From contig JBHLRS010000023.1 in NCBI GenBank assembly GCA_048882325.1, positions 1 to 35,168 on the forward strand: a stretch of 35,168 nt of DNA, written 5' to 3'. How positions within the stretch are numbered: position 1 is the stretch's first letter; every line of letters starts with the position of its first letter. Shown piece by piece: positions 1 through 9,856 of this stretch. Under the pieces are notes generated by a model, which searched no databases, was not told the origin of the DNA, and saw nothing but the letters and a program-made list of their open reading frames with translations. This DNA is from Candidatus Thorarchaeota archaeon (lineage in GTDB: Archaea > Asgardarchaeota > Thorarchaeia > Thorarchaeales > Thorarchaeaceae). Made by a program: the position numbers and the translations under genes.

Positions 1-546
1 GGTCTCTCCTACGGCGGATACTTGGCACGAGGTCTGGTTCATCGCAGACCGAAGCAGGTTCTCGGACTTTTGCTGATCGTTCCTAGGATTATTGGTCGTT
101 CCGAGGATAGGATACGTCCTGACAAAACCGTACTGGAGCAAGATGATGAGTTTCTCAGCAGTCTTGGAAAAAAGGAACGTGAAGGTTTTGTAGATGTGGC
201 AGTAATCCAAACTGGAAAACTTTGGCCTCGCTATTCCGAAGAGATCACGCCTGCAGTCCAGATCGCTGACAAGCAATTTCTCGAACGGCTGGAACCTGGC
301 GATGATGATTTTAGCTTTGAAGTTGACTCTCTCTCCGTCAAATTCGATGGTCCAACCCTCATTCTGGTCGGAAGGCAAGATCATTGGGTGGGATATCAAG
401 ACGCCTGGAGGATCATAGAGAAATATCCTCATGCTACATTCGCGGTCTTGGACAGAGCAGGTCACGCTTTGCAGTTAGAGCAGACAGAATTGTTCAATGT
501 GCTTGTTTCTGAGTGGCTTGACAGAGTGGAAAAAGCTGAGAAGTAG
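1..546 (+). CDS. Alpha/beta-fold hydrolase, 5'-truncated by the window edge
   Basis: Frame is open from base 1 and reads GLSYGGYLARG (GxSxG nucleophile elbow), then LILVGRQD (acid residue) and AGH (catalytic His). Confidence 0.9.
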   Translation, partial: GLSYGGYLARGLVHRRPKQVLGLLLIVPRIIGRSEDRIRPDKTVLEQDDEFLSSLGKKEREGFVDVAVIQTGKLWPRYSEEITPAVQIADKQFLERLEPGDDDFSFEVDSLSVKFDGPTLILVGRQDHWVGYQDAWRIIEKYPHATFAVLDRAGHALQLEQTELFNVLVSEWLDRVEKAEK

Positions 547-603
547 ATGGGATCCATTGCGGGATTCTAACTTCCAACAGTGGAATCACTGGAGCTCTCC
601 TTC

Positions 604-1464
604 TCAGGAATCCTGATTTTCAGGACTGATTGGTGAAGTACCAAGTACCTTCTCTTTCGATTCCCATCTTCGGAGTTTGGGCCACACAGCCGCCCAGATA
701 ATCGCTAGTAGCAGCAGTATATTTGATTCTCCTACTGAGGAGATGAATAGGGATGTTGGTGCATTTCCAAGGGCATGAACGCCCATGACGAAGAAGAGGT
801 TTTCAGTCCTCAAGTATAGCATTCCATAAATCAGTCCGTTCATTAAGACGCTGAAAACCAGATCTAAGAAGACCGTCATAGTCCATCCTTGATTCACGAC
901 CTTCCAAGGGACATGAATCAAAGCGAAGAATGTTTGGGAAATCAATAGAGCCAGTACCAACTGCAAATACCTATTCGAAGAAAAGCTCTTCATCTTCATA
1001 TCGAACTGAACAAGAAGAAAGCCCCTAAAGCCCACCTCCTCATAAAGGGCCGTTCCAAAAAGCATACCAATCAACAAACCTATCAAAGCAGGAGCTTCTG
1101 TACTCCATCTCGTATCGACTTCTATAGCGCCTGTGCCAATGAAACCAACCAAACCCTCCATCGTCTGGATGAGAACCCATGTAATGATGCAAATAATGAC
1201 CGCTAATTTGAGTTTCTGACCTATAAGCCCAAGGTCCTTCACTTGGAAACGTCCATACACGATCAAAACTCCAAATACAGCCACTATCAACAAAAGTGCA
1301 TTCAGCACGAGAGTACGATGGACTAGTCCGCCACTTGCCAATTCAATGGTTTGGACCATTTCGAACAGTCCGATGTAGACCAGAATGATTGCAAGACTAA
1401 TTACCAAAAACAAGATTATTGTCCTGTAGTTAGATTCTCTCGACTCTATCAATTTTTGATCCAC
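604..1464 (-). CDS. CPBP/Abi (CAAX protease type II) family intramembrane metalloprotease
   Basis: Multiple TM segments; EEVGFRG, FALIH and HALGN motifs. Confidence 0.9.
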   Translation of the reverse strand: MDQKLIESRESNYRTIILFLVISLAIILVYIGLFEMVQTIELASGGLVHRTLVLNALLLIVAVFGVLIVYGRFQVKDLGLIGQKLKLAVIICIITWVLIQTMEGLVGFIGTGAIEVDTRWSTEAPALIGLLIGMLFGTALYEEVGFRGFLLVQFDMKMKSFSSNRYLQLVLALLISQTFFALIHVPWKVVNQGWTMTVFLDLVFSVLMNGLIYGMLYLRTENLFFVMGVHALGNAPTSLFISSVGESNILLLLAIIWAAVWPKLRRWESKEKVLGTSPISPENQDS

Positions 1465-1536
1465 GCACCCACAAACTCATGTCTATCAGATTACCTTAGA
1501 TTTATTCTCATTCTCCTAAAAAGTAGTCCTACAACA

Positions 1537-1603
1537 ATGATGACGTTGCGATTTGCCAGATACATGGGAGTGAGAAACCCCACCAATAGTTCATTCGTAC
1601 TGA
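1537..1603 (+). ncRNA. Candidate box C/D guide sRNA
   Basis: Intergenic. C box ATGATGA 1537-1543, 13-nt guide, D'-like CAGA 1557-1560, C'-like GTGAGAA, D box CTGA 1600-1603. TTTATT at 1501-1506 upstream. No terminal stem. Confidence 0.5.
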
Positions 1604-1665
1604 ACAAACACCACCGCCCACTATCCTTATAGCACAACGGTAAGAACAAAGCATGGAGAGGAGAG

Positions 1666-3279
1666 TTGAATCCACAGGACGAGTTGGGTTTACAACAAAT
1701 GGCTGTATCAATGCCCCTGTTCTCGGGAACTTTTTACGAGGCATATTCTATTGGAGGTTTTCTATGGGGCCTTCTGTTAGATTTTATTGCGTTGTTCTAT
1801 GGCATCACTTTTGACTTCTTGCAATGGGTTTTCCTCACCTTGGCATGTGGTTTCTTTCTACAGTTGCTCCTGAACGGTCTGAAGATGCGTAGGTTCCGGA
1901 ATCCTGTGACCAATCCAGAATTGTTGGCCTTGTTTGAAGAGGTGAAGAGTGATTTTGGTATAGGAGAAGGAATCCAACTTTGGATCCGTGATGTTGACAG
2001 AGCGATATTTCTATCATCGGTCACTCCACTCTTCAAAGCCATCCTTTTTTCTGGGAGCACTATTGGGGATATCCTCAGAAACCCAGAGAAAGGAAAGATA
2101 GTTCTGGCTCAGGAGGTGCTAAAGATGGAACAATTGAGCCCTCAGAGCAGAATGGCGATTGGATTATTCGCTTTTACCTTCTTTTCGATTTTAGAATCAT
2201 TTTCACTTATTGGATATTCCATTTCGTTCACAATGACATTTGGACCATTGGTTCTTGTCATACTTGTCATTGCACTCCTAGCTATCATTGCAGGTGTTCC
2301 CTATTTCACATCTCGCACCGGTCGTAATATTGAACTAGAGATTGCCAAAGTCTACGACACTCCTTATGCAATAGCTGCCTCAGAGGTACTACATGGCTTC
2401 CAACTACCGGATGAAGTGGTGGATGAGATTAAGCGAGACGAGCGAGAAGGAAAACCAACTAGAGGCGCCAGAACGAGTAAGAATGGTTTGATTGCAGCAG
2501 TGATTGCCATGCCAGTCACTTTTATCATCATGTTCATGTTGGCACCCACTTCGCCCTTGATTGTCATGTTTGCCGTTGTTATGGCAGCCGCTGTTGGGTT
2601 CTTTGTTTTCCTGCTCACTCTCCTGATCTCAGAATTTTCTGTGCTTCGAAAGTCTATGAAAATACGAAGGTCCACAGTCTGGGACTTCCAGATTTCCTTC
2701 TCTAACGATGTACAAAGCATCCTGAATAAATGCCCTGGTTATGATGAGGTCATTATACGAGCTGTGAAATCCTCTTCAAATGATCAAATTGGTCTTGTTG
2801 CCGTCAAACTCACGACGAATATGGAAGAGGAAACACTGTTTGCAATGTTGCCCAGGATGGTACAGGATCTCCACGATGTTGAACTGGCTGGACCTTTCAT
2901 CCTCTCTGAGCTAAGACGAAATGACATAGAGAAGCGTTTCAACAGGCTCAATTACGCTGTTCTCGGGATAACAATCCCCTTTCTAACCATTGGTGTTATT
3001 GCATCAATAGCAAACCAAGAGTTCTATAGTATGTTTGATTCTATCATTCCAATCTTCGTCACCTATATCGTCATGTCGGTTGTCCCGGGTATTGGTCTTT
3101 CAATCTGGAAATGTAATGCAGATATTAAATCTGACACTGAGATTGCTCGAGCATATCCACGACTCAGAGAAGCCCTTCAAACTTTGATTGCGAATCATCA
3201 TACCCTCCCGTTTGGTAAGACATCATACAAGTCTAGATTAGAACGGATTGACAAACAGCTGGGAGTTTTTCAAGTTTGA
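1666..3279 (+). CDS. Polytopic membrane protein with two degenerate M48/HtpX-like repeats (no HExxH); paralog of 4272-5900
   Basis: TTG start after GGAGAGGAG. LLALFEEV..GI..IQLWI..AILFS..IVLAQEVLKM mirrors the M48 layout, and the C-terminus has SD..LREALQTL..RLERI. Confidence 0.7.
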   Translation: MNPQDELGLQQMAVSMPLFSGTFYEAYSIGGFLWGLLLDFIALFYGITFDFLQWVFLTLACGFFLQLLLNGLKMRRFRNPVTNPELLALFEEVKSDFGIGEGIQLWIRDVDRAIFLSSVTPLFKAILFSGSTIGDILRNPEKGKIVLAQEVLKMEQLSPQSRMAIGLFAFTFFSILESFSLIGYSISFTMTFGPLVLVILVIALLAIIAGVPYFTSRTGRNIELEIAKVYDTPYAIAASEVLHGFQLPDEVVDEIKRDEREGKPTRGARTSKNGLIAAVIAMPVTFIIMFMLAPTSPLIVMFAVVMAAAVGFFVFLLTLLISEFSVLRKSMKIRRSTVWDFQISFSNDVQSILNKCPGYDEVIIRAVKSSSNDQIGLVAVKLTTNMEEETLFAMLPRMVQDLHDVELAGPFILSELRRNDIEKRFNRLNYAVLGITIPFLTIGVIASIANQEFYSMFDSIIPIFVTYIVMSVVPGIGLSIWKCNADIKSDTEIARAYPRLREALQTLIANHHTLPFGKTSYKSRLERIDKQLGVFQV

Positions 3280-3302
3280 GATGATAGATGGGACTTGTCT
3301 TG

Positions 3303-3998
3303 TCATGGTTGTACTTGATCTACAGTTGCATACCTCTTTCCATCCAACCACCATGCCGCCAATGTAAGCACCACATACATGAATTCCGCCATCATTGCTG
3401 CAGCGAGTGCATCTGGGTACATAGTGAAGGGAGTGATTACGGTAATTACAACGAGCGCAATAATGAAGACATACATTCCATACTTGCCCACGAGAGTTGA
3501 TCCTGAAGAGGTTGATCTGAGATATATCCAGCAACCAACTAGAAGAACAGCGAGTTCCGCAACAACAGTTACCAAGATGCTGTTCCAAAGTCCTAGTCCA
3601 ATCGACAGGTCAAATCCGGGCAGCAACAGTAAGTCTGGAGTATGGACAATGACGTCCAGCAGGAAGTGAGAGAATACAGCCGCGCTCAGAACTAGAGCAA
3701 CTCTCTGTCGATAAGCGGTATCAGTCGAACTCCATAGAGGAAAGAACCGAACTAAGACATATGTTCCAATAGCCCATACAAAGGCTCCAAGAAGACTGTG
3801 TGTGATTGGATAATCATAGAGATCGAATGGACTGGCCTCAGTAAAACCAGGGATTATTCGAAGGTGCTCAATTCCCAATGGAACAAGGATGAAGAACGCG
3901 ATATCTACTAGTTGGACTGCAATGAACAAAACTCCAAGTGATATCTTTGGTGCAAATTTCTTCAGTATGAAAGCTATACCGTAATGTCCGATGAACAT
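3303..3998 (-). CDS. Membrane-bound metal-dependent hydrolase (YdjM-like)
   Basis: MFIGH start, QLVD, THSLLG and SHFLLDVIVH motifs; several TM helices. Alternative GTG start at 4007. Confidence 0.8.
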   Translation of the reverse strand: MFIGHYGIAFILKKFAPKISLGVLFIAVQLVDIAFFILVPLGIEHLRIIPGFTEASPFDLYDYPITHSLLGAFVWAIGTYVLVRFFPLWSSTDTAYRQRVALVLSAAVFSHFLLDVIVHTPDLLLLPGFDLSIGLGLWNSILVTVVAELAVLLVGCWIYLRSTSSGSTLVGKYGMYVFIIALVVITVITPFTMYPDALAAAMMAEFMYVVLTLAAWWLDGKRYATVDQVQP

Positions 3999-4271
3999 AG
4001 AACTCACACACCAGGGTTGTCTTTGATATGTGCCAGCTAATCATTTGTCATAGCTCAAGAATTTATTAAATGCTACCTCGCAGGCCTTTTTCACTTGACT
4101 TCATGCTTTCATGGTTTTTCATCGCAGTCCACACGATTGTTTTTGTCAAAGTGGGTCCTTTTCTGTACAAGACTGATTCCCATGGGAGAGAGAGCGATTT
4201 AGCAATCAAGACATTCATCAACTCCGCTATGCTTATAGCAAAGAAATGATTGCTAGACTTGGAGAGGGAAG

Positions 4272-5900
4272 TTGAGCCCACAGAGTGAACCTTACATATT
4301 TCGTGAACAAACCGGTGTTCCTCTTTTCTCAGGGACATTCTATCATGATTTCTATATTACAGGTCTCGCCTGGGGAATCGTTTTTCAGTTAATTCAACTT
4401 ATGACAAGGTTTGTCTTTGAGATCTTGCAATGGCTACTAATCACCCTATTCACAGGACTAATGCTGCAGCTATTATACGCGATGTTGAAGAAGAGACGAT
4501 TCTACAACCCGGTGACAAATCAAGACCTGATTGAGATGTTCGAACAAGTCACACAAGACCTTGGAAAGGGACAGAGAACCGAACTCTGGCTGCGTGACAT
4601 TGATAGAGGTGTCTTTTTATCCACTGTTAATCCGTTCTACAAAGCCATCCTCTTCTCTGAGAACACAATCGCGGACATTCTCGAAAAGCGAGAGAAGGGG
4701 AAAGTCATACTCGCAAAAGAGGTTCTCATGATTGAAACACTGCGTCCTCTCAGTCGCACTGCAATAGGATTGCTTGGCTTTACCTTCATATCTTTGGTTG
4801 AGAGTTTGACATTTTTCGAGTCGATGGAGTACATCATGTTCTCGATGGGTCTAATTATTCCGATTATCATTCTCGTCACTTTGCTGCTATTTATTGTCGC
4901 TGTCCCTTTCACAACGAATCGTTCAGAGAAGAAAATCGTTCAGATTTTGGAGGAAATCTATGGGGTGCCACCTGATGCGGCAATGATTGAGGTATTGACA
5001 GGGTTCGAACTTCCAGATGAATCGATTGAGGACGCCAAACGAGAGGGTGAGGCTGAAAGACAAAGGAGAAAGGGTGAGTCATTGAAGAAAGGTCTAGTCG
5101 GTGCACTGACTGCATTCCTCATTAGTTTCATCATCATATACCTACTTTACTCATCCTCCCCAATGTGGGTGTTCTCTTTAGTTATCATACCTCTCGCACT
5201 AGGTATAGGAGCGTTTGCGATAGTCTATGTGACCAGTTTGGTGTGGGATTTCATCAAACCAGGTGGAGCTAGAAACACTCAATGGGACATCCAAGTTCCG
5301 TTTGCCACTGACGTCCAGAACTACCTCCACAAATACCTTGGTTCTAAGGAAGTTGCTGTGCGAGCAGTGAAACCTCCTGCTCATGAGAAATATGGTCTCG
5401 TAGTATTGAAATTAAATGACAACTATGACGAGGATACAATCTTTGCTATGTTGCCTCAAGTGCTTGAAGATATACATGACGCGGAACTGGCGGGTTCATT
5501 TATCCTATCAGAGATTTGGCGTAAGGCCATTGAGCGACGCTACAACCGTATCAGCTACGTAATTGTAGGTGCTGTAATCATTTTTCTTGCAGGAGGTATG
5601 ATCTATGTGTTTACAGGAGGATTTGCAAGGTTCTTTGGCTTATTTGCTCCTATCTTTATCACCTACCTGATTATGGCATTTGTACCTCTGACTATTCTAT
5701 CCCTTTGGAAGAGAAATGCTGAGATACTTTCTGATACGAGAGTAGCAAGAGAATGTCGCCGATTCACAGAAGCACTTCAGAATCTCATCAGTCATCATCA
5801 CACGCTTCCGTATGGGATGACATCCTATCAGTCACGGCTCGAAAGAATTGAGAAGCGACTAGGAACGCATGAAAATGAAGACACTGGTGGCTTAGAATGA
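4272..5900 (+). CDS. Polytopic membrane protein with two degenerate M48/HtpX-like repeats; paralog of 1666-3279
   Basis: Shares blocks PLFSGTFY, NPVTN, LWxRDxDR, KAILFS, FAMLP, ELAG.FILSE and HHTLP.G.TSY.SRLERI with the paralog; TTG start after GGAGAGGGAAG. Confidence 0.7.
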   Translation: MSPQSEPYIFREQTGVPLFSGTFYHDFYITGLAWGIVFQLIQLMTRFVFEILQWLLITLFTGLMLQLLYAMLKKRRFYNPVTNQDLIEMFEQVTQDLGKGQRTELWLRDIDRGVFLSTVNPFYKAILFSENTIADILEKREKGKVILAKEVLMIETLRPLSRTAIGLLGFTFISLVESLTFFESMEYIMFSMGLIIPIIILVTLLLFIVAVPFTTNRSEKKIVQILEEIYGVPPDAAMIEVLTGFELPDESIEDAKREGEAERQRRKGESLKKGLVGALTAFLISFIIIYLLYSSSPMWVFSLVIIPLALGIGAFAIVYVTSLVWDFIKPGGARNTQWDIQVPFATDVQNYLHKYLGSKEVAVRAVKPPAHEKYGLVVLKLNDNYDEDTIFAMLPQVLEDIHDAELAGSFILSEIWRKAIERRYNRISYVIVGAVIIFLAGGMIYVFTGGFARFFGLFAPIFITYLIMAFVPLTILSLWKRNAEILSDTRVARECRRFTEALQNLISHHHTLPYGMTSYQSRLERIEKRLGTHENEDTGGLE

Positions 5901-5942
5901 CTCTCCGAATAGTTTTATCGGAGCACTACATTTCACTAAACA

Positions 5943-6695
5943 ATGACCGAGAATCCTAATCCAAAGACGATAGACTATGACAAAGTTTCTGAGGTTTATG
6001 ACAATGTAAGAGTTGGAGACCCTGAGATGGTCCATCAGCTTTTGCTTGGGGTTGATATTGACATGGACTCCTTTGTCCTCGATGTCGGGTGTGGGACAGG
6101 GAATAACACACTGCTTTTTGCAGAAGCATCACACGCCAAAGTGACTGGTCTGGACATATCATTGGGAATGCTTGAGAAGGCTCGTGAGAAAACCAAACTA
6201 ATTCCTCTAATTCAAGCACCAGCAGACGCACTCCCATATTCCGATGATACCTTCCAGTTTGTATTTATGACAGAGGTCATTCATCATCTTCCTGACCCTG
6301 AAGCTTCAATCAAAGACATCTATAGAGTCTTGGACCAAGGTTGCAAGGTATGTATTGTTACACAGTCACACGATCAGATTGATGGCCGAATGACTTCTAG
6401 GTTCTTTCCTGCCTCAGCTGCTGTGGACAAAGGACGGTATCCGGACATTGACCTGATTGAGGAGCATCTAGTTCAGGTTGGATTTGATAGTGTGAACCCA
6501 ATAGAATACCAGTTCAGACCCACGAAAATAGGCGAGGATTATCTACACACTGTAGAGAATCGTGGTTACTCGATGTTGCATAAAATTAGTCGTGAAGATT
6601 ATGAAAGAGGAGTTCAAGACTTGAAAAAGGCCTTTGACAGTGGTGAGGAACTGACCTACTCTGCAGGCTATACCTTTGTCTGGGCAACGAAGTGA
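5943..6695 (+). CDS. Class I SAM-dependent methyltransferase (UbiE-like)
   Basis: VLDVGCGTG, GLDIS..ML, LPYSDDTF and IHHLPDP motifs. Confidence 0.92.
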   Translation: MTENPNPKTIDYDKVSEVYDNVRVGDPEMVHQLLLGVDIDMDSFVLDVGCGTGNNTLLFAEASHAKVTGLDISLGMLEKAREKTKLIPLIQAPADALPYSDDTFQFVFMTEVIHHLPDPEASIKDIYRVLDQGCKVCIVTQSHDQIDGRMTSRFFPASAAVDKGRYPDIDLIEEHLVQVGFDSVNPIEYQFRPTKIGEDYLHTVENRGYSMLHKISREDYERGVQDLKKAFDSGEELTYSAGYTFVWATK

Positions 6696-6698
6696 AAC

Positions 6699-7046
6699 CT
6701 ACTTCACAACAATATGCAGTGTGCATTTACTCTCCAAGGTTCCCCTGAAAACCTTGCTGACCGCCAGAGTTGTTTTTCCTGTGCCTACAGTTTGGAAAAA
6801 CCAAAGTCCCTTCTCTGCATCTCCCCCTGTCCAATCATGATACTTCATCTTCTCTGGATGTATGTACTCAGTTTCAGTACGAAGATACTTCAGAATCGAT
6901 TCATCACCTATCTCGAATTCCATGTTCTCCCCAACGGAACCATGCCTGAAGAATCGATAGGACACAAGCTCATCCTTCCCTAGAGTCATGACATCTCCAT
7001 CACTCTGACACTCAATCCTCTTGACCTCTTTCTCATCAGGTTCCAT
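6699..7046 (-). CDS. Small beta-rich protein, possibly a divergent chagasin/I42 protease-inhibitor fold
   Basis: AGGTGAT SD. HGSVG..F, TGGD.E...WFF...GTGKTTL and a C-terminal strand resemble the I42 pattern. Confidence 0.45.
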   Translation of the reverse strand: MEPDEKEVKRIECQSDGDVMTLGKDELVSYRFFRHGSVGENMEFEIGDESILKYLRTETEYIHPEKMKYHDWTGGDAEKGLWFFQTVGTGKTTLAVSKVFRGTLESKCTLHIVVK

Positions 7047-7054
7047 ATTATCAC

Positions 7055-7813
7055 CTACTCGCCGAGTCTCTGGATCATCAACTTCTTACCCTTTATTCCC
7101 CGATACACGATAAATGCTACTATTAAGCCCATCACACCACTCACTGCTATTATCATCAGGGTCGTTGTCTGAATCCCTCCGCCAATAATAGTGGGCATCC
7201 CAGGATACCAGTGAACGAATATTACATCGATGAGGTCATTCCCAAGAGTAGTGTACTTGTGCCTGAGATAATTCAGTGTACCATTCTCCTTCTCATATCT
7301 CATCTCAATACGCACATTGATACTGGCGCCACCAGTACCAAGCACGGTACCAGTTCCGATAGTCCCCCATTCGTCATCTGTGTCAATTAATGTCAAACCC
7401 TCTGTTCCAGTTAGGTTCTCGATCTCATCAAGGAAGTCCCAGTCACCGGTTGGGACAACAAAACTGGGGATCTCCGAGAGTATGGTTGTCGAGTCATTCT
7501 CCCTGACCATTGTACAGAGCGAACGAGGTAGTTGTAGAGAATTATTGATCATGTTTTCTATGGTGTCTAGTTGGTCCACCTGCAGTTGGACCTTCTGACC
7601 AGCCTCTATCCCTGTAAGGAATGGGAGTTGTACTGCTAGGAATATCTCATTACTGATGTCTGCATAGAATTCTCGTTGCAGGACATACGTGAACTCCTCA
7701 CCTACATCCACTCCCCACTCAAGTGTGTGATTTGATTGAGCAAGAACCAGTCCCGTCGTTGGCGTAAGGAGGATTGCCATGAGCAGTATAGATACAGGGA
7801 GTCTGGGCTTCAT
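7055..7813 (-). CDS. Secreted, C-terminally membrane-anchored hypothetical protein
   Basis: N-terminal signal peptide, LEWGVDVGEEFTY block, N-x-S/T sequons, C-terminal TM followed by a basic tail. Confidence 0.75.
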   Translation of the reverse strand: MKPRLPVSILLMAILLTPTTGLVLAQSNHTLEWGVDVGEEFTYVLQREFYADISNEIFLAVQLPFLTGIEAGQKVQLQVDQLDTIENMINNSLQLPRSLCTMVRENDSTTILSEIPSFVVPTGDWDFLDEIENLTGTEGLTLIDTDDEWGTIGTGTVLGTGGASINVRIEMRYEKENGTLNYLRHKYTTLGNDLIDVIFVHWYPGMPTIIGGGIQTTTLMIIAVSGVMGLIVAFIVYRGIKGKKLMIQRLGE

Positions 7814-7864
7814 ATCAATCTCACAGCTTGTTCTACGGAGTAATGAAGGTATTCATCCAAGAAG

Positions 7865-8596
7865 TCAGAGTATCTCCATGAGGTCCTTGATGTCTTCAAT
7901 CACAATGGTGTCTGTTGTCACTTTCTCCTCTTCTTGGGGGTCAAGCCATGTCAATAGGATTGGAATCATTCCCGCACGTGTTGCAGCGGTGACATCTTTT
8001 TCTACGATATTCCCGACATATGCACACCGATGAGGATTCGTTCCTAGTGTTGCTGCCACCTTCACAAGCATGTATGGTGATGGTTTTCGATATCCAGGGA
8101 CATTGGTATATTCTATTGCATCAAAGAGATGTTGTATCCTCGAATCATTGAGAATCTGAGTTGGATCGCCAAACCTGTTTGACGCGATTGCGAGTTTGAA
8201 ACCACGGTCTTTCAGCTCCTTGAGACCCTCGCGACAACCATCCATGAGCTCTGGACTTGCCACCTCGTGGAAACTGTTCCAAAGCTTCTGATAGTCGTGT
8301 GCGATGTCCTCTTTGTTCTTCACACCGAGAGATGCCAGAAGCAACTTGTCATATTCAAGCCAATGTTTGTGTTTGGGTTCCCAGTGGATGTCGACATCAT
8401 TCTCGATCATATAGTTGTCTAACCACTCATCAGGTTCCTTTGTCGCAGCGAGAATAACATCATCTGAAAGATCTTGTTTCTCTCCAACTCCAAGGTCACT
8501 CAAGAAATCGCGTGTGAGTCCGCACATATCCGAAACTGGTTTATAGAGGGTACCCCCAAGGTCGAAAATTATCCCTGTAATGCCTTCAAGTTTCAT
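7865..8596 (-). CDS. HAD-superfamily hydrolase
   Basis: IIFDLGGTL (motif I), ASN (II), RKPSP (III), YVGNIVEKD (variant IV). Confidence 0.9.
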   Translation of the reverse strand: MKLEGITGIIFDLGGTLYKPVSDMCGLTRDFLSDLGVGEKQDLSDDVILAATKEPDEWLDNYMIENDVDIHWEPKHKHWLEYDKLLLASLGVKNKEDIAHDYQKLWNSFHEVASPELMDGCREGLKELKDRGFKLAIASNRFGDPTQILNDSRIQHLFDAIEYTNVPGYRKPSPYMLVKVAATLGTNPHRCAYVGNIVEKDVTAATRAGMIPILLTWLDPQEEEKVTTDTIVIEDIKDLMEIL

Positions 8597-8700
8597 GACT
8601 TCAAGACATCATACATTCACACACTTGTATCCATCGCAAGCGGCTTTGTCAGTCATCTCAACTCTTTTCAATGATGCATCAGGAGTAGGTGTGACAGAAT

Positions 8701-9852
8701 ATGGATCCGCTCGATACATCCATTCGGGAAGTTGACAAGCATCTAGAGTCCCATCCAAATGATGCCTCTGCATGGAACGCGAAGGGAGTCTTTCATGCAC
8801 AGAAGAGAGAGTTTGGGGAGGCTCTTCGTAGTCTTGATATGGCACTGCAACTCGATCCGAATCTAACTCCAGCACACACCAATCGTGGTCGTGTCTTGCT
8901 TGCTTTGGGTCCCGAGAAGGCATTGGAGGCTCTCAGGTCATTTGATAGTGCTCTGGAGTTGACACCTGATGATGTACAGATTCTACACGACAAAGCATCT
9001 GCTCTTCATGCTATCGGTCGGACTGATGAGGAACTTTCATGTATCCGAAGAATCAGTGAGCTTGCCCCGAACGAGTGGGGTGTGAAGGTCCGAATAGGTG
9101 ACATTGAACTAGAGCTTGGACACTTCGAATCAGCAATCGTAAGCTATGATGCCGCTCTCAAGTTGAAGGAAGATTTGGTACCTGCGTATGTCAGGAGGGC
9201 AATCGCCTTAGGTATGCTTGAGAGATGGAAGGAGGCACTCAAGTCCGCAGAAACTGCAACAAAGATTGAACCAGATAATGCTGAAGCATGGCTCATACGT
9301 GGAGATGTCAATCTGAGAGCTGGCAAGCACAACGCTGCAATGAAGGCACTGAAGAAAGCCTCTGAATTGGATCCTGAGGATGCAGCAGTAGAGAACACAA
9401 TGGGCATGGTGGCTTACAAAGATGGGAAACTAAAGGATGCAGTGAGACACCTCCGAAGAGCAATAATCCGGAAGAAACAGTATCCAACAGCCCTTCGTAA
9501 CCTCGGTCTTGTCCTCATGGAGCTTGAGAACTGGACGGAAGCTGCCAAGGCCTTTGATAGCTACACCTCCTATGTGCGGGACGACCCGGATATGTTTGAT
9601 GCCAAAGCCACAGCTTATGCCCGGCTCGATGACTTCTGTTCAGCATCTGAGGCCTGGGAGAGTGCGCGGAAGCTGTACAAGAATGTGGGTAATGATGCAG
9701 AGGCTGACAGAGTCACAGCCTTAGGTCGCGCAGCTCGGATAAACTGCAAGAGGCAGAAGAAAGCCATCAAAGAGCAGCGAGAACAGGACAAACTATCGCG
9801 GCGTTTCGCAGACCGTCACGAATTTCGAAGGAAGAAAGAACGTAAGAGGTAG
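8701..9852 (+). CDS. Tetratricopeptide repeat protein
   Basis: About 9 tandem 34-aa repeats (AWNAKG..EAL..LD.AL.LDP pattern); highly basic C-terminal tail. Confidence 0.93.
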   Translation: MDPLDTSIREVDKHLESHPNDASAWNAKGVFHAQKREFGEALRSLDMALQLDPNLTPAHTNRGRVLLALGPEKALEALRSFDSALELTPDDVQILHDKASALHAIGRTDEELSCIRRISELAPNEWGVKVRIGDIELELGHFESAIVSYDAALKLKEDLVPAYVRRAIALGMLERWKEALKSAETATKIEPDNAEAWLIRGDVNLRAGKHNAAMKALKKASELDPEDAAVENTMGMVAYKDGKLKDAVRHLRRAIIRKKQYPTALRNLGLVLMELENWTEAAKAFDSYTSYVRDDPDMFDAKATAYARLDDFCSASEAWESARKLYKNVGNDAEADRVTALGRAARINCKRQKKAIKEQREQDKLSRRFADRHEFRRKKERKR

Positions 9853-9856
9853 TGGT

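Noticed and set aside
4150-4225. TTGATGA on the - strand in the 4008-4271 spacer
   Set aside because: No properly placed CTGA or terminal stem.
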